Counted from the first letter of the stretch, positions 11,055-21,334 are shown. The stretch: 64,000 nt of DNA from Clostridia bacterium (GCA_017536685.1 JAFXGW010000042.1:47313-111312), one strand, 5' to 3'. Program-made: numbers and translations. Notes: generated by a model not told the origin, from the letters alone.

Positions 11055-11555
11055 ATGATTTTTATAAAATATTTTAATTTGGGATTGATTTGTTTTATTT
11101 GTTTCTATCTTGGAAATATGAAAGCGGGTACTTTTGAAAAAAGAGTTATAGAACTAAATAAGTTTCAAAATGCATTATTAATGTTTAAGAGTAAAATAGA
11201 ATTTACTTATGAGCCAATTAATAATATTTTTTTAGATATTTCTAAAATAATTTATGAAAATCACAGCAATATTTTTCTTGAAACATTGAAACAAGATAGT
11301 GATATATATATAGCTTGGAAAAAGTCAACAGAAGAATTAAAAGACGTAAATACGGAGGATAAAGAAATAATAAAAATGTTTGGCAAATTACTAGGAAAAA
11401 CTGATATAAAAGGACAAGTAAGTCAAATTGAATTAACAGAAAATTTGATAGAAAGGCAGATTGAAAAAGCAGAAAGTGAAAAAAATAAAAATTTTAAATT
11501 ATATAAAACAATGGGAATTATTTGTGGTATGGGAATTTGTATAATTTTAATATAG
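11055..11555 (+). CDS. spoIIIAB: Stage III sporulation protein AB
   Basis: Operon position, size, FGKLLGKTD-GQ motif, terminal TM helices. Confidence 0.9.
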   Translation: MIFIKYFNLGLICFICFYLGNMKAGTFEKRVIELNKFQNALLMFKSKIEFTYEPINNIFLDISKIIYENHSNIFLETLKQDSDIYIAWKKSTEELKDVNTEDKEIIKMFGKLLGKTDIKGQVSQIELTENLIERQIEKAESEKNKNFKLYKTMGIICGMGICIILI

Positions 11556-11564
11556 GAGTTTTGT

Positions 11565-11759
11565 ATGAATGTAGATTTATTATTAAAAATTGCTGGTATT
11601 GGGATTTTAATCGCAGTGTTACACCAAGTATTGTCGAAAGCTGGTCGTGAAGATCAAGCAATGATGACAAGCTTAGCTGGAATTGTTATAGTACTAACAG
11701 TTGTAGTTAAAGAAATAAGTAATTTGTTTGAAACTGTTAGGACGGTGTTTAATTTATAA
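11565..11759 (+). CDS. spoIIIAC: Stage III sporulation protein AC
   Basis: 64 aa; KIAGIGIL...AGREDQA. Confidence 0.95.
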   Translation: MNVDLLLKIAGIGILIAVLHQVLSKAGREDQAMMTSLAGIVIVLTVVVKEISNLFETVRTVFNL

Positions 11760-12145
11760 TGGAAATTGTAAAAATTATAGGTATAGGATTTTTAACATTA
11801 ATTATAACTATAATGCTAAAAGAATATAAAAAAGAATATGCTATTTATAGTGTTTTAATAGGTGGAGCAATAATTCTTTTTTATTCAATGGGAACAATAA
11901 AAATAATTATAGATTTTGCAAAAGATTTATCAGCAAATTCAAAATATAATAATGTTTTTATAAGTTTACTTTTAAAAATAACAGGTATTGCAATTCTTGC
12001 AGAATATGCAGTGTCTATTTGTAAAGATTCTGGTGAAAATTCTATTGCAAATAAAATTGATTTTGGAACTAAAATAATTGTTATTTCACTATCAATTCCA
12101 ATTATTTCAAATACGCTAGATGTTTTAACAAACTTATTGCCATAG
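11759..12145 (+). CDS. spoIIIAD: Stage III sporulation protein AD
   Basis: 128 aa; LLKITGIA...ICKDSGE-SIA-KI. Confidence 0.93.
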   Translation: MEIVKIIGIGFLTLIITIMLKEYKKEYAIYSVLIGGAIILFYSMGTIKIIIDFAKDLSANSKYNNVFISLLLKITGIAILAEYAVSICKDSGENSIANKIDFGTKIIVISLSIPIISNTLDVLTNLLP

Positions 12146-12154
12146 GAGAATTTT

Positions 12155-13234
12155 ATGAATGAAATTTTAAATTCACAGGTAGATACTTTAAGAATAAAAG
12201 ATTTTTTGAATTCTGCTCAGAAGTATACTCAAGAAATTTTTCCAAACTTAAATATGACCGAAGTATTTAATTCAAGTATTTCAGGAAATTTGACAAATGA
12301 TATAATGGATATTAATTTTTTTGAAAAAATATTTTTAGGTGAAATATCTATTGCAATAAGTTTAATGGCAAGTGTTTTAGTTGTTATTATTATACACAGT
12401 ATATTTAAATCAATTATTGAAAATTTGGGAAATTCTACTGCTAGTCAAATTGTATATATGATTCAATATTTGGTAATAGTAACAATTGTAGCAAATAGTT
12501 TCGTTTCAATACTTGAGATAACTCAAAATAGTATTAATGAATTGGTAAATTTTATGAATTTATTAATTCCGATTTTTGTAAGTTTAATGTTGGTAACAGG
12601 GAATCTTGCAACAACGACTATTGCTCAACCAATATTAATTTTCATGATTAGTTTTATTGGGAATTTTATTAATAATTTTTTGATTCCGATACTTTTAATT
12701 TCAATAACGATTTCAATAATTTCTAATGTATCAGATAAAGTTGAAATTGGTAAAATTTCTAAATTTTTAAAATCAAGTATTGTTTGGATTTTGGGAATTA
12801 TACTTACAGTTTTTACTTGTACATTATCAATAGAAGGAACTTTAAGTAGTTCGGTAGATGGATTAACCGCCAAAACAGCTAAAGCAGCAGTATCAAATTT
12901 TATACCAGTAGTAGGAAAAATCATGGGAGATACAGTTGAAACTGTAATTGGATGTGGAAATATATTAAAAAATTCAATTGGAATAATTGGTGTAATAATT
13001 ATAATAGGAATTGCAGCGATTCCGGTTATAAGAATATGTTTTTTGATGATTTCGTTTAAAATGACTTCAGCTCTATGTGAAATTGTAGCTGATACAAAAA
13101 TTGTAAAACTTATAGACAATATTGCTGATGGCTATAAAATACTTTTGGCAATATTAGTATCTATTTCAATAATGTTTGTTATAGGAATTACAATTGTTAT
13201 AAAACTTACAAATAATTCTATTATGTACAGATGA
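12155..13234 (+). CDS. spoIIIAE: Stage III sporulation protein AE
   Basis: Polytopic membrane protein; KTAK-AVSNFIPVVG motif. Confidence 0.93.
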   Translation: MNEILNSQVDTLRIKDFLNSAQKYTQEIFPNLNMTEVFNSSISGNLTNDIMDINFFEKIFLGEISIAISLMASVLVVIIIHSIFKSIIENLGNSTASQIVYMIQYLVIVTIVANSFVSILEITQNSINELVNFMNLLIPIFVSLMLVTGNLATTTIAQPILIFMISFIGNFINNFLIPILLISITISIISNVSDKVEIGKISKFLKSSIVWILGIILTVFTCTLSIEGTLSSSVDGLTAKTAKAAVSNFIPVVGKIMGDTVETVIGCGNILKNSIGIIGVIIIIGIAAIPVIRICFLMISFKMTSALCEIVADTKIVKLIDNIADGYKILLAILVSISIMFVIGITIVIKLTNNSIMYR

Positions 13235-13244
13235 GGTTTTAGAA

Positions 13245-13766
13245 ATGATATTAGAAATAAAAAAATGGTGTGAAGGTATTATTGTTGCTGTAATTTTATG
13301 TATTATAATTGAATGTTTAATTCCTAATGGTAATAATAAAAAATATATAAAAGTAGTAATAGGGATTTATATTATGTATGTCATTTTAAATCCAATTTTA
13401 AATTTATTTGAATATGAAATTGATTTACAAAATATATTTAAAACAGAAAACAATTTTGAAGAGGTTTCAAATAATTTAGACAATCAAATTAAAGATGTAT
13501 ATATTTTGGGAATAGAAGAGAATATAAAAAGTGAAATAACAAATTTAGGATATGAAGTTAGTAATATAAAGATTTTTGTAGACATAAGTTATCAAAATAT
13601 AGAAAAAATAGAACTACAAATAAAAAATAAAAAAAATACAAATACTATATTAGTAGAACCAATAGAGATTAATGATAAAAAAATTAATGATGCAGATTAT
13701 GCACAGATAAAAAAATTTATTAGTGAAAATTATTTTGTAAAAGAAGAAAATATTTTATTTAAATAA
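13245..13766 (+). CDS. spoIIIAF: Stage III sporulation protein AF
   Basis: Two N-terminal TM helices with LIP---KKYIK; operon position. Confidence 0.88.
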   Translation: MILEIKKWCEGIIVAVILCIIIECLIPNGNNKKYIKVVIGIYIMYVILNPILNLFEYEIDLQNIFKTENNFEEVSNNLDNQIKDVYILGIEENIKSEITNLGYEVSNIKIFVDISYQNIEKIELQIKNKKNTNTILVEPIEINDKKINDADYAQIKKFISENYFVKEENILFK

Positions 13767-13790
13767 AATATTTTTTCATTAGGAGGCACA

Positions 13791-14369
13791 ATGCTTGATA
13801 AAATTAAAAATATATTTACAAATAAAGAAAAAAGAATAGAAAATTTGATATCTCTTTTGATTATTTTAATTATTACTTTAGTTGTAATAAATAAAATTTT
13901 AGAAGAAGATGAAAAAGAATCTAATGATTATAAAAATGAAATTGGAGTTGAACTTGCCGTTCAAGAATCTGATAATATTAGTACAGATTTAGAAAAAAGG
14001 CTGGAAAATATTTTAGAGAAAATTTCTGGTGTAGGAAAAGTTTCTGTTTTACTTACATATAAAGAGAGCGGTAGTTTGGTTCCAATATATAATGTAAATT
14101 CAAGTATTAGTACAGTAGAAGAAAAAGATACTTCTGGTGGAAGTAGAATAACTGAAACAGAAAATTTACAAAAAGATGTTGTTACAGGAGCCAATACGGA
14201 GATTATAACAGAAAAAAATATTATGCCAATTGTTGAAGGTGCGATAATAGCTGCTCAAGGTGCTGAAAATGTAAATGTTAAAAGTAATATAATTGCTGCA
14301 GTAGAAGCCGTTACAGGAATTGCAACACATAAAATTCAAGTGTTTGAAATGGAGGATGATGAATTTTGA
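13791..14369 (+). CDS. spoIIIAG: Stage III sporulation protein AG
   Basis: LE-ILEKISGVGKV-V, P-VEGAII-AQGA, HKIQV. Confidence 0.92.
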   Translation: MLDKIKNIFTNKEKRIENLISLLIILIITLVVINKILEEDEKESNDYKNEIGVELAVQESDNISTDLEKRLENILEKISGVGKVSVLLTYKESGSLVPIYNVNSSISTVEEKDTSGGSRITETENLQKDVVTGANTEIITEKNIMPIVEGAIIAAQGAENVNVKSNIIAAVEAVTGIATHKIQVFEMEDDEF

Positions 14370-15014
14370 AATTAAGCAAAGAAAATATAAAACAGATTTC
14401 ATTAAGTGTAATTGCGATACTATTAATTGGTATTGGATACTTTAATTATAGTTTTGATTTAAATAAAGAAGTAATTGAAGTTGCACGGGAGAGATTCAAA
14501 TGAAATTAACTTAGGTGATGTAGAATTGGTAAACAGCGAACCGATAGAGGTAGAAGAAGTTGAAAGTGGAAATATTGTACCAAATGAAGGGCTAATAGAA
14601 AATACAATCGTATTAGAAGAGAGAAAAGAAAATACTAACTTAATAGAAGATAGCTTTAATGATAAACATGATTATTTTGAAGAGACTAGAATTGAGAGAG
14701 AAAGAATGTATTCAGAAATGCTAGAAACTTATGAAAAGTTAATGAAAAATGTAGATATACCAAATGATCAAAAAGCAATAGCAGTACAAGAAATATCTAA
14801 TATTACAAATATAAAAAATGGAATTATGATTTCTGAAAACTTAATAAAAAATAAAGGATTCGAAGATGCTATAATTTTAGTAAATAATAATACAGCTAGT
14901 GTTGTAGTAAAATCATATACATTGAGCCAAGAACAAATTTCTAAAATTCAAAATATAATTCAAAGAGAATTACCGATTGAAGCAAAAAATATAAATATAA
15001 GTAATAAATTTTAA
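14366..15014 (+). CDS. spoIIIAH: Stage III sporulation protein AH, needing a +1 shift at CGG 14486-14488
   Basis: TTG start overlapping the spoIIIAG TGA with GGAGG RBS; the N-terminal TM segment (…IGIGYFNY) is in one frame and the SpoIIIAH domain (YFEETRIERE, ENLIKNKGFEDA) in the +1 frame. Confidence 0.88.
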
Positions 15015-15207
15015 TAGCTTTTTCAAATATTACTAGAATATTTTTTCTTATATGATTAATAATAAACTATATGAATTATTTCATATAGTTTTTTTATATT
15101 GTGAAGAAACATAATATAAATATTTAATATTCTTTTACGAAAATTTTGCATACAATTTCGCAAAAATTTTAAAAGTTAAATAAAATTATTAGAAAGGAAT
15201 AAAAAAT

Positions 15208-15702
15208 ATGTTAAAGAAATCTTTAATTTGTATTTTAGCTATGATAATCCTTTCATTATGTTGTACAATTTGTTTTGCAGCAGAAGATGGAAACAACATT
15301 AATCTAGGAAATGAAATAATGAGATCAATTGACAAGACTGAAAATAGTATGAAAAATGTTGTGTCTGGAAATGTTATTGATGATGCAGGTAATATGCTAA
15401 GAGATGGAATGAATACAGTTGGGAATGGTGTTAGAAATACAGGAAATACAGTTGGTGGTGCAATTGATGATATGAACAACGATGATATGAATAATAATAA
15501 TGACAACAGAGATAATAATAATTCTGGTATGACAGGAATGAATAATGGGGATTATAATGCAGCAAGAACATCAGCAGATCAAACTTTGAATGGTGGTATA
15601 AACACAATGACTGCAACAACATGGATGTGGATTATTTTAATAGTTGCAGCTGTTACTATTTTGGCTGCTGTTTGGTATTATGCAACTCAAGGTAATAAAT
15701 AA
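15208..15702 (+). CDS. Secreted/membrane Asn-rich hypothetical protein
   Basis: Signal peptide, Asn/Asp-rich low-complexity core, C-terminal TM helix; AAGGA RBS. Confidence 0.75.
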   Translation: MLKKSLICILAMIILSLCCTICFAAEDGNNINLGNEIMRSIDKTENSMKNVVSGNVIDDAGNMLRDGMNTVGNGVRNTGNTVGGAIDDMNNDDMNNNNDNRDNNNSGMTGMNNGDYNAARTSADQTLNGGINTMTATTWMWIILIVAAVTILAAVWYYATQGNK

Positions 15703-15851
15703 GAATAATATAAAATATTTATTAGACTCGAATAAAAAAATAAAACTACTTTTTGAAATATATTCAAGAAGTAGTTTTTTATTTATAAGTTTTATATGTT
15801 ATTACAAGTATAGAATTTTAAAGATGTTTATAAACAATAAAAATTAATTTT

Positions 15852-16175
15852 CTATTTTTTTAATCTTATTAAGATTGCAATTGCAAATAAAATTAGTAGT
15901 ACTCCTATAGAAATTAAAATAATAGATAATATATTATTTAATTGTAAGTTAGCTTGTTCATAACTATTTATAGTAGATACCTTTGTAACTGAAGAGGTAG
16001 ACAATGTATCTAAAGATGAAGTTGCTTGGCTATTATCTGAATTTGCAGACTCTTGATCTATTGATTGTTCTGGAGTTGTAGTTGCATGAACTTTTTGGAT
16101 AAATATAAAATTAAAATTTGACACAAGTAATAATACAAATAATATAATTAAAATTATTTTTGATGCTTTAGACAT
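15852..16175 (-). CDS. Small membrane hypothetical protein
   Basis: AGGAGGA RBS, signal-like N-terminus, Ser/Thr linker, C-terminal TM helix. Confidence 0.75.
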   Translation of the reverse strand: MSKASKIILIILFVLLLVSNFNFIFIQKVHATTTPEQSIDQESANSDNSQATSSLDTLSTSSVTKVSTINSYEQANLQLNNILSIILISIGVLLILFAIAILIRLKK

Positions 16176-16371
16176 ATTATTCCTCCTAAACTTACATTAA
16201 TTATATGATATACAAAAATAAAAAAAAAGTCTATAGGATTTAAAAAAATACTATTTTTTTTGAAAAGATGAACCAAAATTCTTGAAATGAAGTCTAATAG
16301 ATAAAAGAAAAAGCTATGTTTTTGCATAAATTAACATAATATGGTATAATATAATATGGGAGATAAGTATT

Positions 16372-17208
16372 ATGGGGAAAAAGAGAAAATTATTTTGTGA
16401 GTATGGTCCATTATGTTATAAAATATCTTTATTTAAAGAAGCATTAAAAAAAGATTTTAAAGATTTTAAAGCTGGTAAAAAATTTGCAAAAAAAATGAAT
16501 AAAGAAAACTTTGAATACATATGGAAAGGCGATGCAAAGATTTTACTTAGAAAATTACATGGTGTAGATATGCAACTTCAAAAAAATAAGGTGACAAATC
16601 TAAAAATTGCCAGTAAAAAAATAGATGGTTTAATTGTAAATCCTGGTGAAGAATTTTCATTTTGGAATTTAGTTGGAAATGCAACAAAAAGGAAAGGATA
16701 TTTAGAAGGACTAACTATAAGTAATAGTCAAATGAAAAAAGGGGTTGGTGGTGGATTATGCCAATTAGCAAACATGATACATTGGCTTGTATTACATACA
16801 CCATTGGAAGTTACTGAGTTACATCATCATTCAGACGCTCTTTTTCCAGATGAAAAAAGAAGAGTTCCATTCGGAACGGGAACGTCTATTAGTTATAAAG
16901 CGTTAGACTATAGATTTAAAAATGTAACAGATAATCCAATTCAAATTAGAATATGGTTGGATGAAACAATGTTATATGGAGAAATAAGAAGTGTAAAACC
17001 ACTTTGTGAAAAATATAAAATTGTGGAAGAAGACAACCATTATGCTAAAGATGAAGAAGGAGTTTTTTATAGAAATAGTAAAGTTTATAAGATTATAAAA
17101 GACAAAGAGAGTGATAAAGAAATAAAAAAAGAATTAATTTTAGATAATCATTCAAAAGTTATGTATGATTATGATTTAATACCAAAAGATGAAATTAGGA
17201 TGGGATAA
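16372..17208 (+). CDS. VanW family protein
   Basis: NLKIA---IDG--VNPGEEFSFW, KGYLEG, GVGGGLCQL. Confidence 0.85.
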   Translation: MGKKRKLFCEYGPLCYKISLFKEALKKDFKDFKAGKKFAKKMNKENFEYIWKGDAKILLRKLHGVDMQLQKNKVTNLKIASKKIDGLIVNPGEEFSFWNLVGNATKRKGYLEGLTISNSQMKKGVGGGLCQLANMIHWLVLHTPLEVTELHHHSDALFPDEKRRVPFGTGTSISYKALDYRFKNVTDNPIQIRIWLDETMLYGEIRSVKPLCEKYKIVEEDNHYAKDEEGVFYRNSKVYKIIKDKESDKEIKKELILDNHSKVMYDYDLIPKDEIRMG

Positions 17209-17209
17209 T

Positions 17210-18682
17210 ATGATTTTAGATGATATTTTATATATTTTAAAAAATAAAAGTCAAAATAAAGCTTACACTATAAATAAAAACTCGTATACATATTCTGAAT
17301 TTTATAAGATGGTGTGTAATATATATAATTATTTATTGGAAAATTATACTAATGCTAAAAATATAGTTGTTTTTGGGCATAAAGAAATTTATATGAAAGC
17401 GACATTTTTAGCGTGTTCATTCGCGGGAAAAACTTATATACCGTTGGATAATGCTATGCCAAGTGAAAGAATAAATTTGATTTTAAACGCAATAAAACCA
17501 GATTTGGTTGTAGGAAATATAGATAATAATTATCCAACAATTGAAGTGAATAGACTTGAAAAAATAATGAGCAATATTCTGGTAAAGGAAATAGATAAAA
17601 TTTATTTAAAAGAAGATGATATTTATTATATTATTTTTACTTCTGGAAGCACGGGTATTCCAAAAGGAGTCAAAGTTACTTATAGTAATTTGAATTCCTG
17701 TATTAATTGGCTAAAAAATATAACTAATGTAGAAAAAACAGTTATTTTAAATCAAGCGAATTTTTCTTTTGATTTATCTGTTGCAGATTTATATTTAAGT
17801 TTAGTTACTGAAAGTGAACAATTTATAATTGAATCTAATAAATTAGATTATAAAAAAATGTTTGAAGAATTGAAAGATAGTAAAGCTGAATTAGCAATAA
17901 TGACTCCATCATTTGCGGAATTACTTTTAATTGACAAAAAATTTGATAAAAATTTAATGAATGATTTAAAACAAATAATATTTTGTGGAGAAAAGCTTAT
18001 TAATTCAACTGTTAAAGAATTATTTTGTAGATTTCCGGGGTTGAAAATAATAAATTGTTATGGACCTACAGAGTGTACTTTTGCAGTTACAAGTGTAGAT
18101 ATTGTAGATTCGGATTTTAACAATGACATTCCTGTGGGAATTTCAAAACCAGGCGTTGAAATTGCTATTGTAGATGAGGATCTTAAAAAATTAGAAGAAA
18201 ATGAAATAGGAGAAATATTGATTATTGGAGATAGTGTTGCTGCAGGATATATTAATGATATAAAAAATAAATCTTTTATTAAATATAATAATACAAATGC
18301 ATATTTAACAGGAGATTTTGGTTATTTAAAAAATGGAATGCTTTATTATGTGGCAAGGAAAGATTCACAAATAAAATATAAGGGATATAGGATAGATCTA
18401 TTAGATATAGAAGAAAACTTATATAAATTAGAGATATTTAATAGAGTGGAAATTGTGAGTTTAAAAGATGCAAATGATATGGTAACTAAAATTGTAGCTT
18501 TTGTTAAATTGAAAAATAATATAAAAAAAGATATATTTGAAGTAAAAGCGATGTTAAAACAAAAACTTCCGGAATATATGTGCCCGGTTATAAAAATTGT
18601 AGAAGAATTTCCGGTAAATAATAATGGAAAATGTGATAAGAAACTATTATTAGAAATGATGAGGGATAAAAATGGAGAATAA
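17210..18682 (+). CDS. DltA-like D-alanine:carrier-protein ligase (adenylation enzyme)
   Basis: YIIFTSGSTGIPKGV, NQANFSFDLSV, YGPTECT, YLTGD, NGKCDK. Confidence 0.8.
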   Translation: MILDDILYILKNKSQNKAYTINKNSYTYSEFYKMVCNIYNYLLENYTNAKNIVVFGHKEIYMKATFLACSFAGKTYIPLDNAMPSERINLILNAIKPDLVVGNIDNNYPTIEVNRLEKIMSNILVKEIDKIYLKEDDIYYIIFTSGSTGIPKGVKVTYSNLNSCINWLKNITNVEKTVILNQANFSFDLSVADLYLSLVTESEQFIIESNKLDYKKMFEELKDSKAELAIMTPSFAELLLIDKKFDKNLMNDLKQIIFCGEKLINSTVKELFCRFPGLKIINCYGPTECTFAVTSVDIVDSDFNNDIPVGISKPGVEIAIVDEDLKKLEENEIGEILIIGDSVAAGYINDIKNKSFIKYNNTNAYLTGDFGYLKNGMLYYVARKDSQIKYKGYRIDLLDIEENLYKLEIFNRVEIVSLKDANDMVTKIVAFVKLKNNIKKDIFEVKAMLKQKLPEYMCPVIKIVEEFPVNNNGKCDKKLLLEMMRDKNGE

Positions 18683-18905
18683 AATTATAGAAATAATTGA
18701 AAATATTAGTGGATACAATAATTTAAAAAATAATATAGACATTGATTTAATTGAAAATGAAATAATAGATTCGTTGGGGTTCATAGAACTTATTGCAATG
18801 TTGGAAGACGAATTTAATGTAGAAATTCAACCTACCCAAGTTTCTTCAGATACTTGGAGGAGTGTTGGAAGTATAACTAAACTTATAATATCGCTTAAAA
18901 AATAA
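18672..18905 (+). CDS. DltC-like acyl/aminoacyl carrier protein
   Basis: 77 aa; DLIE-EIIDSLG phosphopantetheine-attachment Ser. Confidence 0.85.
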   Translation: MENKIIEIIENISGYNNLKNNIDIDLIENEIIDSLGFIELIAMLEDEFNVEIQPTQVSSDTWRSVGSITKLIISLKK

Positions 18906-19013
18906 TTAGTTTTTTCATTGTATTAATAAATGGGAATTAATATATGAAGATGATAATTTTGTATTTATTTCATATAATCAAAATTTTTATTATAAAATAA
19001 ACATATTTTGAAC

Positions 19014-19048
19014 AAAAGGCCAGTTGCTTTTAAGCAACTGACCTTTTT
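19014..19048. terminator. Bidirectional intrinsic terminator
   Basis: AAAAGGCCAGTTGCTT-tt-AAGCAACTGACCTTTTT between convergent genes. Confidence 0.8.
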
Positions 19049-19054
19049 GAGTGA

Positions 19055-19747
19055 TTAGACTGGTGCTACGTCAACATTCGGAAGATAATGGATAATCTTG
19101 CTAGCCATTTCGGCATCATCTAAATGCATCAGGAATACCTTTACATTAGACTCAGCCAAACAGACAAGTCTGTCAATGGCATTGTCGATATTCAAGTGAG
19201 CAGCACTTTTATTGATGCAGATATCGACGTAAAGCTCATCACAATGTTCAATGGCAAGCTCAAATGGTGCTAAAGTGTTAGTGTCGCCGGTATAAACGAC
19301 AGACTTACCATTGATGTTGAAGACGTAGCCAAAGCACTTACCTTCCAGCATAGGAGTATGCGTAGTAGGAATAGTAGCTGTAAGCCACTCTTTCTTAAAA
19401 TCTACCGCAGTAATGATTGAGTACCAATCAGAAGCACACCCTTCGATGCGTAACAGAGTTTTCAAATCCTCTGTGACGGGTTCGGAAGGAGAAACGATAG
19501 TGATGGTTTTCTGATACTTGAAGTACATGTACTGAAGCAAAAGATTGACACCACTTACATGGTCTCCATGTGTGTGCGTGATATGAACATAGATATGTTC
19601 GTAGTCTTGCAGCTTAAGCTGCTTCAGCTTTTGGAAAGCTGTTACAGAACAGTCGATTACGACAAGTTCGTTGTTGCCAGTGACAAAGTAAGCAGAAGTA
19701 TGATTTTCTGCTAAGCCAGTGTCTCTACCCAGGAAAGTTAATTCCAT
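19055..19747 (-). CDS. Metallo-beta-lactamase-fold hydrolase (RNase Z-like)
   Basis: THTHGDH, YTGDT, AHL, MH motifs; visibly higher GC than its neighbours. Confidence 0.88.
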   Translation of the reverse strand: MELTFLGRDTGLAENHTSAYFVTGNNELVVIDCSVTAFQKLKQLKLQDYEHIYVHITHTHGDHVSGVNLLLQYMYFKYQKTITIVSPSEPVTEDLKTLLRIEGCASDWYSIITAVDFKKEWLTATIPTTHTPMLEGKCFGYVFNINGKSVVYTGDTNTLAPFELAIEHCDELYVDICINKSAAHLNIDNAIDRLVCLAESNVKVFLMHLDDAEMASKIIHYLPNVDVAPV

Positions 19748-19866
19748 AGATGTCAAGCCCCTTTCTGTGTTGATTTCGTGAATATTGACTCTGTTAGTTG
19801 CTTAAATATTTGTTCACTGTTCGTAATTTAGCACATTACGAAAAAATATACGCAACTGACCACGTT

Positions 19867-19895
19867 ATTTTAACATATTTTTAGATATTTTGCAA
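19867..19895 (-). promoter_or_regulatory. SigA-type promoter of the MBL gene
   Basis: Minus strand TTGCAA-17 nt-TAAAAT with extended TG. Confidence 0.6.
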
Positions 19896-20144
19896 ATAAA
19901 AAGATACAAATAATTGTCTAGAAATTATCGGATATATGTAATGAATTAGTATGAGACATGATAAGAGTAGGTTGAAAAACAAAAGGAATTTGAAAAATAG
20001 TTATTGAAAAATTATTTTCTATATGTGATAATTTATGTGTTAAGTAAATATTATAAAATATTTAAGAATAAATTGATTATAATATGTACAAAAGTAAATG
20101 TTTATAACTTGAAAAAAATAAATAAATTTAAGGAGGAACGAAAG

Positions 20145-21299
20145 ATGGCAGAAAGATTTATTCTAAATGAAACATCTTATTTTGGAAGGGGTTCAAGAAC
20201 TGAACTTGCTAATGAAATTAAAACAAGAGGATTTAATAAGGTTTTAGTTGTAACAGATCAAACTTTATTAGATTGTGGCGTAGCTGGAAAAGTTATTTCA
20301 GTATTAGAAGATGCGGGAATTGCATTTGATGTATATGCAGATATAAAACCAAATCCAACAGTAAAAAATGTACAAGATGGTGTAAATAAATGTAGAGAAG
20401 TAGGCGCAGATGTAATAGTTACAGTTGGCGGTGGATCAGCTATGGATACTGCAAAAGGAATTTCAATAATAATGACAAATCCAGATAGATATGACGTTGT
20501 ATCTTTAAATGGATTATCAAATACAGTAAATAAAGGAATGCCAGTTATAGCATTACCTACAACACATGGAACTGCTGCAGAAGTAACAATAAACTATGTT
20601 ATTACAGATGAAGAAAGACAAATAAAAATGGTTTGTGTAGATCCTAATGATATACCAGTTTTAGCAATTGTTGACTCAGAATTAATGGAAACATTACCAA
20701 AAGGAACAGCAGCAGCTACAGGATTAGATGCGTTAACACATGCTGTAGAAGGATATATTACCAAAGGACATAACTTAATTGCAGATATGTTCCATATGAA
20801 AGCTATTGAATTAATATTTGAAAACTTAGCAAAAGCTGTTAACGAAAAAGATCCAGTTGCTATAGAAAATATGTCTAGAGCACAATATATTGCAGGAATG
20901 GGATTTTCAAATGTTGGACTTGGAATAGTTCACTCAATGGCACACCAATTAGGAGCTGTTTATGATACACCTCATGGTGTTGCAAATGCAATCTTGCTTC
21001 CAACAGTTATGAGATTTAATGGAGTTGTATGCGCAGACAGATTTAGAGAAATACTTTGCAATATTGGAAGACCTGATGCAAAAGATTTAAATGATCAAGA
21101 TGTTATAAATACATTCGTATGGATGATAGAAGAATTATCAAAATCAGTTGGTGTAACACAAAGAGTTTCTGATGTTGGATGTAAAGAAGAAGATTTAGAA
21201 ATGCTAGCTAATAAAGCAATGGAAGATCCTTGTAAACCAGGAAATCCAAGAGAAGTAACAAAAGAAGATTTTATAAGATTATATAGAGAAGCTATGTAA
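20145..21299 (+). CDS. fucO: Lactaldehyde reductase (iron-containing alcohol dehydrogenase)
   Basis: RFILNETSYFG start, GGGSAMDTAK, DALTHAVEGY, HSMAHQLGA, PHGVANA; AGGAGG RBS. Confidence 0.9.
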   Translation: MAERFILNETSYFGRGSRTELANEIKTRGFNKVLVVTDQTLLDCGVAGKVISVLEDAGIAFDVYADIKPNPTVKNVQDGVNKCREVGADVIVTVGGGSAMDTAKGISIIMTNPDRYDVVSLNGLSNTVNKGMPVIALPTTHGTAAEVTINYVITDEERQIKMVCVDPNDIPVLAIVDSELMETLPKGTAAATGLDALTHAVEGYITKGHNLIADMFHMKAIELIFENLAKAVNEKDPVAIENMSRAQYIAGMGFSNVGLGIVHSMAHQLGAVYDTPHGVANAILLPTVMRFNGVVCADRFREILCNIGRPDAKDLNDQDVINTFVWMIEELSKSVGVTQRVSDVGCKEEDLEMLANKAMEDPCKPGNPREVTKEDFIRLYREAM

Positions 21300-21334
21300 T
21301 GTAAATATTATATTTACAGTTAAATGTATAAACG

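Noticed and set aside
16372-17208. Vancomycin resistance cluster
   Set aside because: Only a VanW-family gene; no vanH/A/B/X or vanRS nearby
17189-17212. A +1 shift at AGG near the vanW end would fuse VanW to the DltA-like frame
   Set aside because: AGG is read as Arg in several intact genes here (e.g. uppS), and this purine run is better explained as the RBS for ATG 17210
20004-20144. N-terminal extension of fucO in the ORF track (similar extensions for tpiA, folD, 23630 and 37855)
   Set aside because: Better RBS-linked or homology-consistent starts lie downstream
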